DNA of 64,000 bases from Calditrichia bacterium (GCA_050633245.1 JBOEGD010000002.1:151006-215005); one strand, 5' to 3'. Counted from the first letter of the stretch, positions 1 to 11,453 are shown. Notes: generated by a model not told the origin, from the sequence alone. Made by a program: numbers and translations.

Positions 1-324
1 TTCTGCTCGGCGAGCAAGCTCGGTAAACAGAGGCGTTATGATAGCGAGATTCTGATCAATACTGCCAACTTCCATGACCGCTTCATCGGATACCAAAATA
101 TTCTCTCTGGTAATCGATACCGTCAGTTCCTTTTCCGGAGACTGTATACTCAGCGAGTAAGGCAGCTTCAAGTCGCTGGAAGGCGAAATAATAGCTCCCG
201 ACGTTGAGTACGTCTTCAGCAGGAACAGCAGAATAATGGTCATGGCATCCATCATCGATGTGAGGTTTAGCTCTTCATCGGTGCTGGTTTTGTGCTTTTT
301 AGCTCTTGATGGTACAAATGCCAT
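1..324 (-). CDS. ExbD/TolR-family motor subunit (AglS-like), 3' end truncated by window edge
   Basis: Not in the ORF track. Hand translation from ATG at 324 gives MAFVPSRAKKHKTSTDEELNLTSMMDAMTIILLFLLKTYSTSGA..., a single TM helix with the conserved Asp (MMDAM), open to position 1. Confidence 0.85.
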   Translation of the reverse strand, partial: MAFVPSRAKKHKTSTDEELNLTSMMDAMTIILLFLLKTYSTSGAIISPSSDLKLPYSLSIQSPEKELTVSITRENILVSDEAVMEVGSIDQNLAIITPLFTELARRAE

Positions 325-353
325 TCGGTTATTTCCTTATCAATAAAGTCGTG

Positions 354-902
354 TTAGATAACCTGTCCAATATTTATCTGCGGAAACAGTTCTTGCTCAG
401 TTCCGGTTGAGTCTTCATATACGGTAATGAAGTCAATCAACTTAATAACATGCTTGTATTCAATGTCTGCCTCAGCAGAAATGATTACGCTCTTATCATC
501 GACAAAACCCTTACCTTTAATAGCCTCTTTTATTTCGCCAAGCTTCGTCTGAAGCTCTGCAAAGTCGTAAGAGCCATCGGTATTAATGCCAATGGTTGGG
601 TCGCTTTCCGTACTTGCCTCACCGGTAAGATATCCGGCACGGTTACCAACATAGACACCGTTTTTAGACAGGATTACTGTCAGTTGAAACCGCTTTTCCT
701 TCTCAACCTCTTCGCCCGGAGCGCGGCTATCGCCACTTGTGCTTGCAGGCGGGAGATTCAATTCCCGGACAGACAGTTTTACAAACTCAGCGCTATACAG
801 CAAGATCGGAATCAACACCACCATCAGGTTCATGACGGGCCGAATATCCAACGGGATCTCAGCGATCTTGTTGGTCGAGCGCATGGATGGTTTAAATGCC
901 AT
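354..902 (-). CDS. ExbD/TolR-family motor subunit (AglQ-like position; Asn in place of the TM Asp)
   Basis: LDIRPVMNLMVVLIPILL TM segment, LNLP motif and C-terminal VIISAEADIEYKHVIKLID typical of ExbD/TolR periplasmic domains. Confidence 0.85.
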   Translation of the reverse strand: MAFKPSMRSTNKIAEIPLDIRPVMNLMVVLIPILLYSAEFVKLSVRELNLPPASTSGDSRAPGEEVEKEKRFQLTVILSKNGVYVGNRAGYLTGEASTESDPTIGINTDGSYDFAELQTKLGEIKEAIKGKGFVDDKSVIISAEADIEYKHVIKLIDFITVYEDSTGTEQELFPQINIGQVI

Positions 903-923
903 AGCTTCTATCCAATCTTAATA

Positions 924-1589
924 TTAACGGTTGCCGGTAATTAGGTTAATTAGCTTTACCAGATGCTCATCCATATCGTCGATAATCTGAGCTGTTTTGT
1001 TCTGAATTACGTTGTATGCTACAATTGTCGGAATCGCTACTGCCAAACCAAAAATTGTAGTGTTCATCGCGGTCGAAATACCTGAAGCCAACAGTCGAGT
1101 CTTCTGGTCGTCCGGAATCTCTGCGCTACCTACAGCGGCAAACGCGATGATCAGACCGTAAATCGTTCCCATCAAACCGGTAAGAGTGGCAATATTGGCA
1201 ATCATCGAAAGATAATTGGTGCGTCTCTGCAGTTTCGGGATCACTTCCAGTGTGCCTTCATCGACAGCATTCTGGATAGAGCGGAAGTCCAGGCTCTCGC
1301 TCTCGGCGACGCGCTTTAGACCAGCCAAAACTACATACGGCAGGGCTTTCTGCTTTCCGGCTTCACAAAGCTCGATAGCGCGCTTAATGTTACCACTGGT
1401 TACATACTTGCGAATTTCCATCATAAACTTATCAGAGTTTACGTTAGAGCGAACCATTACGTAGTAAATTCGCTCTGCAGCAATCGCAACAGCAACCACC
1501 AGAAAGAACAGGATTAACCACATGAACGCGAAGCCATCCGAAGATGTGCTAAATGACTTAAAAAACTCGTTCCAAAACTGGGTTCCCAT
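924..1589 (-). CDS. MotA/TolQ/ExbB proton-channel subunit (AglR-like)
   Basis: Three TM helices; ANIATLTGLMGTIYGLI and GISTAMNTTIFGLAVAIP motifs; ATG at 1589 with AAGGAG RBS upstream. Confidence 0.9.
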   Translation of the reverse strand: MGTQFWNEFFKSFSTSSDGFAFMWLILFFLVVAVAIAAERIYYVMVRSNVNSDKFMMEIRKYVTSGNIKRAIELCEAGKQKALPYVVLAGLKRVAESESLDFRSIQNAVDEGTLEVIPKLQRRTNYLSMIANIATLTGLMGTIYGLIIAFAAVGSAEIPDDQKTRLLASGISTAMNTTIFGLAVAIPTIVAYNVIQNKTAQIIDDMDEHLVKLINLITGNR

Positions 1590-1636
1590 AAAAAATTTCT
1601 CCTTGGTATTAAACAATCAAATAATGTAATCGTCGG

Positions 1637-1987
1637 TTAAAATCGCTTCTTATTTATCAGAATTTGGATATCATCAATCGAATTAATCTTGCCGCTTGTA
1701 TTCGGCGTGAATTTCAGTTCTTCGGATTTGCTTGAGAGTTCGGATGAGAAGCTTTTTTCTACCTTAACCTCGTCGAAATCGATTTTCTTACGCTTGTCGA
1801 GAATCTGCACCTGAGGCAGTTCGACGCGCGTATCTACAATTTGCGCTTCAAGTTGAATCACTTGTTGCGGGTTGTTAGCCCGACGGCGCTGCTGCGGTTC
1901 TTCCTGAGGCTCCTGTGGTTCCTGGGCAAATAGAACGCCACCACACAGAAGCATAAAAAATCCAATTCTCATTATTGAGTTTATCAT
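1637..1987 (-). CDS. Small exported protein, GltF/CglF-like
   Basis: Signal peptide (FFMLLCGGVLFA), Q/E/P-rich linker, then IQLEAQIVDTRVELPQVQILDKRKKIDFDEVKVEKSF, resembling the GltF/CglF pattern; lies between the TPR genes and the motor genes. Start codon uncertain (1987 or 2011). Confidence 0.6.
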   Translation of the reverse strand: MINSIMRIGFFMLLCGGVLFAQEPQEPQEEPQQRRRANNPQQVIQLEAQIVDTRVELPQVQILDKRKKIDFDEVKVEKSFSSELSSKSEELKFTPNTSGKINSIDDIQILINKKRF

Positions 1988-2000
1988 CGCTCGTGCCTTT

Positions 2001-5000
2001 CTAATCGACAATGCGATTTTTATTTAAAGTCACAGTTTTACGTAGCGTAGCTGGATTGATATCGCTTTGCTGCGTCTGACGTATTTTATTAATCGTGTCA
2101 GTTATTTCGCCAGGAAGCAGCTTTACGGAAAGGTGGAATTTAAGCCCATATCGCGGCTCCCCATCAAAATCCGTCACAGAAACAGAAATCAGGTTTTCAC
2201 CTTGCTTCAGAAATTCACTGAACGTTGAGAAGCGAATCACGTCTGCCCGCTCAAATGAATCGTTATCTTTACCATTAATGTAAATGTCATTTATATAGAG
2301 GCGGTAGCTGTCGTCACCGGAAACCGCAATATACCCATCAATTGCGTTGTTAGACAGATAAAATCGCTTTCTATAATACGCCGTCAGCGTGTCGCCAGCC
2401 AGTGCGGCCATGGCAGAATCGCTTAAGGCACCTGCATCAGGTGGAAACAGAACGGAGTCCTGACCGGAAGCGGACAGGGAATCACTATTCAGTCGATCCT
2501 GCATTTCCAGTGGGTTTCCACCAAAACCGCCCGTGCTACCAGAGGCCAGTGAGGCAACCCAAACCGCCTGCGGAGCAACCTGAAGTGAATCGAAAACCGG
2601 CGACTTTACGTCAAACGGCAGATCAACCTGAGCTACACGACCTAAACCGGTGTCGATAAACTCTTCCAGGTTCCAACCCGGGCTATATGCCGTAGTTGCT
2701 GTCCATGACGTATCGGATTGCACGACCACTTCTTCTTTCGGCAAATCTTCCAGGTAGGTTGCGGGATCGATTTCAACGAGCTTAGCCAGCGTCAGACGAG
2801 TCCACACGTTCTCGATTTCAAGTTCTTTACTAATGTCATAGACAAAACCAAAGATCTCTTCAGAGTAGCCTTTCAGCTCAAATGCCTGATCGTCAAAGAA
2901 GGTACTACCAAGCTGGTAGTTCTCATTTTGAGTCGAGTCGAAACGCGTGATAAAATACTCACTCTTCGCGGTCGGCAACTCAGCAAGTTTCTGCAGCGTC
3001 TCGCCAGCTTCATAACCGAAGTTGAACATAGACTGCTGGGTCGTCTGCTTGGCGTCGTTATTAATATTGTTATCCTGAGCAACCTGCAGTGTCACCTTAT
3101 ACTGATTCATGGCAATCTTCGAGAACTGATTCGTGAAGAACGTCAGCTGCATCAAATAATTGTCCTGGAAATCATAGTAGTCCATGCCATCCTGAGTGCG
3201 GCTTTCTTCACCACCCTCAATCAGCTGGTCGAGTGTCGGAACAGATACTTCGTAAATGTCCACAGCCCGCTGGAACAAAGCTTCGTATTCCTGCGCCAGA
3301 ATGTTGCGAGCCAATAACACTTTACGTTTCGATTCTTCAACGTATTTATTTTCCAGCTTTAACTCTTCCGAGACGGCAATGTTTTTCAGATGTGCCTCAA
3401 TGGTGGTCTGCACCTGCGGTGCAACCAACTGTTTCAACACCTGATCTTCAAACACCAATGCGCGAATACCGCTATTCGGGTTTTCAACCCGTAGATACTC
3501 TGTAACAAAGTCGGAGGACTTTTCAGCAACCTGATATTGAATCAAAGAGATCTTCTCTTTCGCGCGATCATACCACTTCAGCGCAACAGCAGTACTGCTA
3601 TCTGCTTCAATCTCTTTCTTAACAAGCGCAGAATCCTGTAGCGCGATAAGAGAGTCCACATTGACGGTCTCTTCAGTGCGTACATTAGAGCTATCAAGGC
3701 TAATCTCGAGTTTTTCCGCCAGAACCGGCAGATTGATCAGCACGTTTTTATACTCTTCCACAGCGCGGTCATAGGCCGGCACGGCTGCCTTAAAGACACG
3801 ATCCTCTTCGACCAAACGCTTGTCGCGCGCCAGACTCGGATCGAGTTCCTGATTGGCAATCGCGTTAGCGAATTCTTCATAAGATTCAGCGATGCGATAC
3901 ATGGCTTCAAAGCTGCGAATGGAGCCTAGCCCGATTACACGGGTAAAGGTTTCCTGAACTTCGTCCAGCTTGCTACGCTTCTGATCGAGCAGTTTGCGCA
4001 GTTCTTTCTGAGGATAGCCGAGAGAAATAGCTTTGTATTCGGTATAGAGGATTTCACCGAGCTTATAGTTTGCTTCCGCAGAATAAAACAAATTTGGATC
4101 GCGACCGGCTCGTGCAAAGTTATTGCTGCGGTCAATAGCCTTATTAAACTCTGCTTTGGCAAGCGTAAAGTCACTCTGATCAAAATAGTATACACCACGG
4201 TTGTAGAATGCTTCAACCGTTAGCGGGTCATTTGGGTAGAGCGAGGCAAATTCTTCGTAAATCTGATTGGCGCTGGCCAAATCGTCCAGCTTCAGATAAT
4301 ATTTTGCATTTTCAAACAACAGGTCCTTCGATTCCGGATTAGACGGATAGGACTTGATATAGACGTTGTTCGCACGAATCGCCTCCTGCCAGGCTTCTGC
4401 TTTATCGTAGAACAGACTTGCATTAAACAAAGCGTTCTCAGCTTCTTTGGTGCCCGGGAATGTATCGTAAATGCGCTCATTGGTGCGAGCAACATTCAGG
4501 AAATCTTCCAATTCTTTATAGTCAGCAGCAATGTTGTTTAGTGCCGGCAATACCTGCTTCGATTCGGTGAAGTTATTCACCAGAAGTTCGTAGGTTTCAA
4601 TAGCACGGAGCCATTCATCGGCCTGCTCATAATTTCTGGCGCCCTTAAATAAAGAGAGATCGACAAAGGTTACGTACTCAGAGGCTTCCTCATACACGCG
4701 GATATATTCTTTCGCGGCATCGAGGTAGCGCTCTTCCTGCTCGAGCTTTTCACCATTTTTATAGATAGACTCACCGATACGGTTTTTAGCAATTTCAACC
4801 TGCTCTTGCGGAATATCCGGAGTGGTAAGAATTTTTTTCGCTACTACCTCAGCATCACGATACTGTCCCAAAAAGAAGTAACTGTTCATCAGCGAGATTA
4901 AGCCAATGCTTTTCTGCTGGGCACCCGGGAATTTCGTGACCATGGTTTTGTAGTATTTCTTCGCGAGATCGAACTGTCGGTGATTGTAATACAGTGCACC

Positions 5001-6794
5001 GGCAGCAGCCAGAACAGAAGGTGTTTCCGGAGAATCCGGGAACAGCTTAATGAAGTTGTCGTAGGCTTCAGCAAGCAAGTTTTCTTCCTGAGAAAGATCT
5101 TTCGAAGGAAGGCGATTCGCCAGCTGATCTCCGGCAAGAATCGTCGGATCATCAGCGGCACGGGCAATTTTAACCAGCGTATCGGCGGCGTTAATTGCGT
5201 TTACTGCGGCATCGAGCTGATGATTGGTTTCCAGATAGTCATTACTTACACGTATGTATTCAGTAAATGCTTCTTCGAAGCGGCTCAGCTTCGTATCGAG
5301 TACAAAAGCCAACGCCCAGTTAATCTCGTAAGCATTTTCATCTGTCGGATAATTCTCCAGATAGCGATTACAAAGGTTTACAAACTCTTCATAGTTCGCC
5401 ACAGCCGATTCTCCTTCGCTCTCGCGCTCGGAAGAAACGGTGAACAAATAGTTAATATTTGTGCGGAAGGCTTCCTCGGTAATACGATAGGCTTCGTCCA
5501 GGGCTGCAATTCGGCCTTGAATGTTGCGCTGCTCAAGCTGCGCATACCACTCGGATTTCGGATTATAGCTTTCGAACAGCATCTTACGTTCATCAAAGGC
5601 GCGCACATACTGCTCATCAGCGATAAACGCATCGGCAATCTTTTTCTGCACACGCGGAGCATAAGCATGACCCGGATACATATCCAGCAGCTGGGAATAA
5701 GCGCTGATTGCCTCATCCCACTTGGTGATCTTCGCGTAGCGATCTCCCATGTTCTCCATAACATCAATCCCGAACTGTGGTCTATCGAGCTTCTCGATAA
5801 AACCTCGGGCATTATCTACACCGCTTTTTTTGTAGTTCGGGTCGATAAACGATGCTGCAATAAATTGCAAAGCTTCCGGCTTTACGTCTGCACGAACAAT
5901 CTCACCGGTAGGGTCAAGCTCCTTCAGCTTATCTATGTCTTGCACAACCGCCATAAAGTGAATAATGGCATCGGTATAATAATCCGGGTTTTCACCGGCA
6001 AGTCGATAGAAACTCCAGCCCAGCTTATAAAGGGCTTCGTCGTAACGTGGAGAATCTTTGTATTCCAACACGTTCTTGTAGAGCTGGATCGCTTTGTTCA
6101 GCTTCAGGATTGTGGTAGAAAGACTATCGCCGGGCTCGGGATAGAAAAAACTTTCTGCAAGCTTCATATAGGCTTCCGGAGCATATTTACTCTCCGGATA
6201 TTCATCGATAATCGTCTGGAAGATCTGACGCGACGCCACAGTCTCTTCCATTTCCTCAAGAAGATATGCTTTATTGTAATACGCATCATCTACCAGGTCC
6301 GACTCGGGAAAGTTCTTGATAATAAGATCGTAGATTGCAATAGCCTTCTCGTAATTCTGCTTTGGCTGCAGCGGTTCCGCCGGGGAGACAGATAGCTCTC
6401 CACCGTCAAAGGCTTTTTGCTGGCGTTCGTATTCAAGATACTTCTCGTCGTATTCGTCGAAGCGACGCTCAAACTCGAGATCTTCTTCTTCGATATAATA
6501 TTCAGCAACGCGAATGAGGATTTTATCCTGATTCGAGTTTTCTTCTTTGGTTTTACCAAGAAACTCACGCGTCACGTCTACACCGCGCTCACGAATTTTT
6601 TCCTGGCTATCCAGTAATTTTTCACGCTCACCAGCAAGGATCTTTCGAATTTTAACCAGATCCTCTACCGAGTAGATATTGAGACTGGAATCTCCCAAAA
6701 ATTCTTCCTGAGCCTGTGTAAAATTTACGCACAGAGCACTCAGGATAAAGGCTCCTATCAAGGTCAGCCGGATTTTCTTCAGCATCATATTCAT
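2001..6794 (-). CDS. Very large secreted TPR protein (GltD/AgmU-like) with C-terminal beta-sandwich (sugar-binding-like) domain
   Basis: 1597 aa; signal peptide; many TPR/BamD-like repeats (e.g. KAIAIYDLIIKNFPESDLVDDAYY, EALYKLGWSFY); C-terminal YYRKRF...GDDSYRLYIND...LKQGENLISV jelly-roll-like motif. Confidence 0.75.
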   Translation of the reverse strand: MNMMLKKIRLTLIGAFILSALCVNFTQAQEEFLGDSSLNIYSVEDLVKIRKILAGEREKLLDSQEKIRERGVDVTREFLGKTKEENSNQDKILIRVAEYYIEEEDLEFERRFDEYDEKYLEYERQQKAFDGGELSVSPAEPLQPKQNYEKAIAIYDLIIKNFPESDLVDDAYYNKAYLLEEMEETVASRQIFQTIIDEYPESKYAPEAYMKLAESFFYPEPGDSLSTTILKLNKAIQLYKNVLEYKDSPRYDEALYKLGWSFYRLAGENPDYYTDAIIHFMAVVQDIDKLKELDPTGEIVRADVKPEALQFIAASFIDPNYKKSGVDNARGFIEKLDRPQFGIDVMENMGDRYAKITKWDEAISAYSQLLDMYPGHAYAPRVQKKIADAFIADEQYVRAFDERKMLFESYNPKSEWYAQLEQRNIQGRIAALDEAYRITEEAFRTNINYLFTVSSERESEGESAVANYEEFVNLCNRYLENYPTDENAYEINWALAFVLDTKLSRFEEAFTEYIRVSNDYLETNHQLDAAVNAINAADTLVKIARAADDPTILAGDQLANRLPSKDLSQEENLLAEAYDNFIKLFPDSPETPSVLAAAGALYYNHRQFDLAKKYYKTMVTKFPGAQQKSIGLISLMNSYFFLGQYRDAEVVAKKILTTPDIPQEQVEIAKNRIGESIYKNGEKLEQEERYLDAAKEYIRVYEEASEYVTFVDLSLFKGARNYEQADEWLRAIETYELLVNNFTESKQVLPALNNIAADYKELEDFLNVARTNERIYDTFPGTKEAENALFNASLFYDKAEAWQEAIRANNVYIKSYPSNPESKDLLFENAKYYLKLDDLASANQIYEEFASLYPNDPLTVEAFYNRGVYYFDQSDFTLAKAEFNKAIDRSNNFARAGRDPNLFYSAEANYKLGEILYTEYKAISLGYPQKELRKLLDQKRSKLDEVQETFTRVIGLGSIRSFEAMYRIAESYEEFANAIANQELDPSLARDKRLVEEDRVFKAAVPAYDRAVEEYKNVLINLPVLAEKLEISLDSSNVRTEETVNVDSLIALQDSALVKKEIEADSSTAVALKWYDRAKEKISLIQYQVAEKSSDFVTEYLRVENPNSGIRALVFEDQVLKQLVAPQVQTTIEAHLKNIAVSEELKLENKYVEESKRKVLLARNILAQEYEALFQRAVDIYEVSVPTLDQLIEGGEESRTQDGMDYYDFQDNYLMQLTFFTNQFSKIAMNQYKVTLQVAQDNNINNDAKQTTQQSMFNFGYEAGETLQKLAELPTAKSEYFITRFDSTQNENYQLGSTFFDDQAFELKGYSEEIFGFVYDISKELEIENVWTRLTLAKLVEIDPATYLEDLPKEEVVVQSDTSWTATTAYSPGWNLEEFIDTGLGRVAQVDLPFDVKSPVFDSLQVAPQAVWVASLASGSTGGFGGNPLEMQDRLNSDSLSASGQDSVLFPPDAGALSDSAMAALAGDTLTAYYRKRFYLSNNAIDGYIAVSGDDSYRLYINDIYINGKDNDSFERADVIRFSTFSEFLKQGENLISVSVTDFDGEPRYGLKFHLSVKLLPGEITDTINKIRQTQQSDINPATLRKTVTLNKNRIVD

Positions 6795-6812
6795 AATTTC
6801 AGCACTTCCGGG

Positions 6813-9413
6813 TTAGCGGTTCTCCTCTTCCGTTTCCGATTCCCGCGTATCAAAATACGACTCGCGGAAGGAACGCTCGCGTTCAGCACGCAGCCTGGCC
6901 CGCTCTTCACGACGTGCTTTCATCGTCATGAAACGGATTTCGGCTTCGATCTTCTTGATCTTGCTTTCGATAACCTCTTTACGGTTATCCAGTTGCTTAT
7001 TGACACGATCCAACACATCCGCTACCTGAAGGAGGCGTCCCTGCATTTTTTGCTTCTGATCAAAGTATACATTAATTATGCCAAAAGCTCCCAGATCTCC
7101 CCAGCGATTAAATTCCGGGTAGGGATCTGCCTGAGTTTCGATGGCATACGTTTCAACAAGCACGCGATCGTATCGTTTGCGAATGTGCTCGAGACGGTCA
7201 TGTTTTTCTTCAAGACGGGTAACCATATCATATTGCCGCTCCAGCTTGGCAATACTAATGCGGTCTTGAATTTGCTGCAGCTTTCCGTCAATGTATGCCA
7301 TTTCGCCGGTAATCTCTTCACGCTTACGCATGATGTCGGCGTGCATAGCTGCTTCCTCTGCAACACTTTTACTTACAGGATAATCGTCGAACAAGTTAAC
7401 GCTCTGTGCTTCCTCCAGGATCTCTGGTGGAAATTCACGAAGTGCAGAAGCAAGACGATATTCCAGCGTATCAATTCGAATCAGTGCATTTTCATTCTGC
7501 ATCTCACGAGCGCGCAGTTTCAATGAGTTCAGCTCGCGAAGCTGCGTGATAAGTGAATTCACTTCACGATAAACCGATAGACCTGCGCCACTGGTTTCAG
7601 CAACATCAAGCCCCTGCTTACGCTCTTCGAGTTCACGCACCAATTTATCAGCCTTCAAATACGTTGCCTTATCATTTGCAGCCAGTGCTTTGTCTTTAAG
7701 TGTAAGTGCTTCGCGAAATTGCGATTCAACCATTTCGCGCTCACCAAGATATTCATCTATAGAGCCGCGTTTCACCTTGGTCTGATACACATCGCGATAC
7801 AGATCGATGGCAGCCAGTGGCTCATTTTCAAGCTGGTTAATATAGGCAAGTAGCCCGGTAGCTTCCATCTTATATGGAGAGCTGTAATATTCTTCATTTA
7901 GCGTCCGTGCATACAGGCGAGCCTGAGAGAAATCCTTAATCTCACCAGCGCTTTTGCTGCGTTCATTCTCAAAATGCGTCCAGGCAAGTGCATTCAGCAC
8001 GTTGTCGTAGGCAGTAAATTGCGGGTCGACTGCATTTAGATATAGAATGGCTTCGGAGTAATTTTTACGCTCGTATTCCAGAATGCCTAGCTTGTAGTAA
8101 GCACGGGCTTTAATGTAAGGCGGCGTCCGCTCGTCGGTAGACAACTGTACATAGCTGCGCACGGCATCATCCATAAGCTGACCGTCGGCATAGGCATTTC
8201 CGGTAAAATACTGCGCCAGGTGATAGTAGGCATGTCCATCAGGTACATTTGCCAGGGTTTCCACCGTGCGGTCGATATTGCCAAGCTGATAATATGCCAT
8301 GGCCATCAGAAACTGCACATCGTAATAGGTTGCCTGTTCGCTGCTTGCCACATTTTGATAGAGGCCGGCGTAGCGCACCGTTTCCTGTGGATTTTCCAGC
8401 GTATAGTTTATCTGGACAAGACGACTGTAAACTTCTGCAATGTAACCGGTTGACGGATACTCATTAATGAGAGACTTGTAATTCTCCTGAGCATGCATTA
8501 AGCGGTTGAGGGCAAAGTTGGATTCGCCACGATAGAAATACACATCATCCAGATTGGTAAAACCCATTCCGGAAAATGTCTCTATCAGGTCTCCGAGCAG
8601 GAGTTCCGTGAGGTCGTAGTCCCCGAAGTTAAACTGCGTATAGGCCACGTTCAACTGGCTGTTGAACATGCGTAGCAGCTCATCCGGAGTTGATGATTTC
8701 AGCAGATTACGTCGCGCTAACTGCACGTCGGCAAAACGCACGTTCAGCGTCACCTCATCGGTACGCTTCCACTCCACATACAAATCGTAGATTGTGGCTC
8801 GCGGACCTTCATCGGCAGGTACATCATTATTTACCTCGCCGAAGCTGCTGAGTAATCTGCTTTTGGAGTTTCCGATACGCTGCGTGAGTTCACCTTGATT
8901 TTGCTGAGTATCCAGCCGAATCATCTCTTCAGAAACGTAAAGAATCTGAAGTGCGTCTTCAAACACCTTCTTCTTCTTGAAGTTTACATCGCGAATGTTC
9001 ACGGTATAGCGGATGCGCTTCTCAAGTTCATCCACAAAGGTATCGAGTTCGCTGATATTTGCGCTATTGAGGCGGTCTTTGAGTTGGTCAATTTCGCTTA
9101 GCATACCACGCAGATCATCGAGGTATTTCTCTTTGGCCTCATTTGGATTACGCAGTCGCTGGGAAATCTCATCATTAACCAGACGCATTAGATTCAGCAG
9201 GAATTTTTCTTCGGATATCTTTCTCTCGCCATACCTGAGATACAGGTCGTAGACGTACCGATTGAGTTCAGCCTGGAACTCAAGATCGGTTACATACGAT
9301 ACTAGCTTCTGTAACTCTTCTTTATCAGATGATTGAGGAGGTAAGGCGTTAATAGTGGAAAAAGATACCAGTAAAAGAATCGAAACAAGGAGAATACGCC
9401 TCATAATCGTCAC
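6813..9413 (-). CDS. Secreted TPR/coiled-coil protein (GltC/E-like position)
   Basis: 866 aa; signal peptide; central TPR repeats (AYYKLGILEY, VLNALAWTHF); long C-terminal coiled coil. Confidence 0.7.
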   Translation of the reverse strand: MTIMRRILLVSILLLVSFSTINALPPQSSDKEELQKLVSYVTDLEFQAELNRYVYDLYLRYGERKISEEKFLLNLMRLVNDEISQRLRNPNEAKEKYLDDLRGMLSEIDQLKDRLNSANISELDTFVDELEKRIRYTVNIRDVNFKKKKVFEDALQILYVSEEMIRLDTQQNQGELTQRIGNSKSRLLSSFGEVNNDVPADEGPRATIYDLYVEWKRTDEVTLNVRFADVQLARRNLLKSSTPDELLRMFNSQLNVAYTQFNFGDYDLTELLLGDLIETFSGMGFTNLDDVYFYRGESNFALNRLMHAQENYKSLINEYPSTGYIAEVYSRLVQINYTLENPQETVRYAGLYQNVASSEQATYYDVQFLMAMAYYQLGNIDRTVETLANVPDGHAYYHLAQYFTGNAYADGQLMDDAVRSYVQLSTDERTPPYIKARAYYKLGILEYERKNYSEAILYLNAVDPQFTAYDNVLNALAWTHFENERSKSAGEIKDFSQARLYARTLNEEYYSSPYKMEATGLLAYINQLENEPLAAIDLYRDVYQTKVKRGSIDEYLGEREMVESQFREALTLKDKALAANDKATYLKADKLVRELEERKQGLDVAETSGAGLSVYREVNSLITQLRELNSLKLRAREMQNENALIRIDTLEYRLASALREFPPEILEEAQSVNLFDDYPVSKSVAEEAAMHADIMRKREEITGEMAYIDGKLQQIQDRISIAKLERQYDMVTRLEEKHDRLEHIRKRYDRVLVETYAIETQADPYPEFNRWGDLGAFGIINVYFDQKQKMQGRLLQVADVLDRVNKQLDNRKEVIESKIKKIEAEIRFMTMKARREERARLRAERERSFRESYFDTRESETEEENR

Positions 9414-9459
9414 ACCACTATTATCGTTAGATGGATTGCAGTTTAATCAACAAATTATG

Positions 9460-9879
9460 TTACGCTGAGGTAGACTTGCTCCGCTTGGCTGCAACCTTAA
9501 GACGGTTGGTAGCCCTTGCCATAGCTGCTTCTGCGCGCGCTGCGTCGATCTTACGCCGATCTTGCAGTCTGTCTTCTGCGCGTTTTCTCGCTTCTGCGGC
9601 GCGGTTGGAATCTATATCCTCAGCTTGTTCGGCTGTTTCGAGAAGAAATAGAACACGATTGTCCAGAACTTCTACAAAACCGCCACTTACCGCGTAACAT
9701 TGAGTTTTGTCAGAGAACTCAATTTTTACTTCACCAATACCTAGTGCGCTTACGAGAGCCGTGTGTCCCGTTAGAACTTGAAACTGCCCCAGAATTCCCG
9801 GGGCAGAACAACTAACGGCATTTTCAAAACTTCGCTTCTCACTAGGGGTCGCAACTTCAATTTTTAAATTTTTATCCAT
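9460..9879 (-). CDS. atpC: ATP synthase F1 epsilon subunit
   Basis: GQFQVLTGHTALVS, VSGGFVEV and C-terminal helical hairpin; operon position. Confidence 0.97.
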   Translation of the reverse strand: MDKNLKIEVATPSEKRSFENAVSCSAPGILGQFQVLTGHTALVSALGIGEVKIEFSDKTQCYAVSGGFVEVLDNRVLFLLETAEQAEDIDSNRAAEARKRAEDRLQDRRKIDAARAEAAMARATNRLKVAAKRSKSTSA

Positions 9880-9966
9880 TTTGGTAAAAATATAATCGCT
9901 GTATTAGTGTTAGACTTTAGTAATTTTGTTCAAAACCAGAATAAAAAAATGATTCAGATCAATTAA

Positions 9967-11379
<1,413 letters not shown>

Positions 11380-11406
11380 TTATCTTTTGTCATTCTGTAA
11401 CACTGG

Positions 11407-11438
11407 AAAAAACCAAATGCGTCAAATGTCGCATTTGG
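11407..11438 (-). terminator. Intrinsic terminator-like hairpin between atpG and atpD
   Basis: Minus strand reads CCAAATGCG-N8-CGCATTTGG followed by TTTTTT. Confidence 0.6.
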
Positions 11439-11453
11439 ATATCAGAAAGCTTA

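Noticed and set aside
4980-6395. 471-aa plus-strand ORF
   Set aside because: Fully antisense to the 1597-aa TPR gene, with no recognisable motifs; treated as a shadow ORF, like the other short antisense ORFs in the track.
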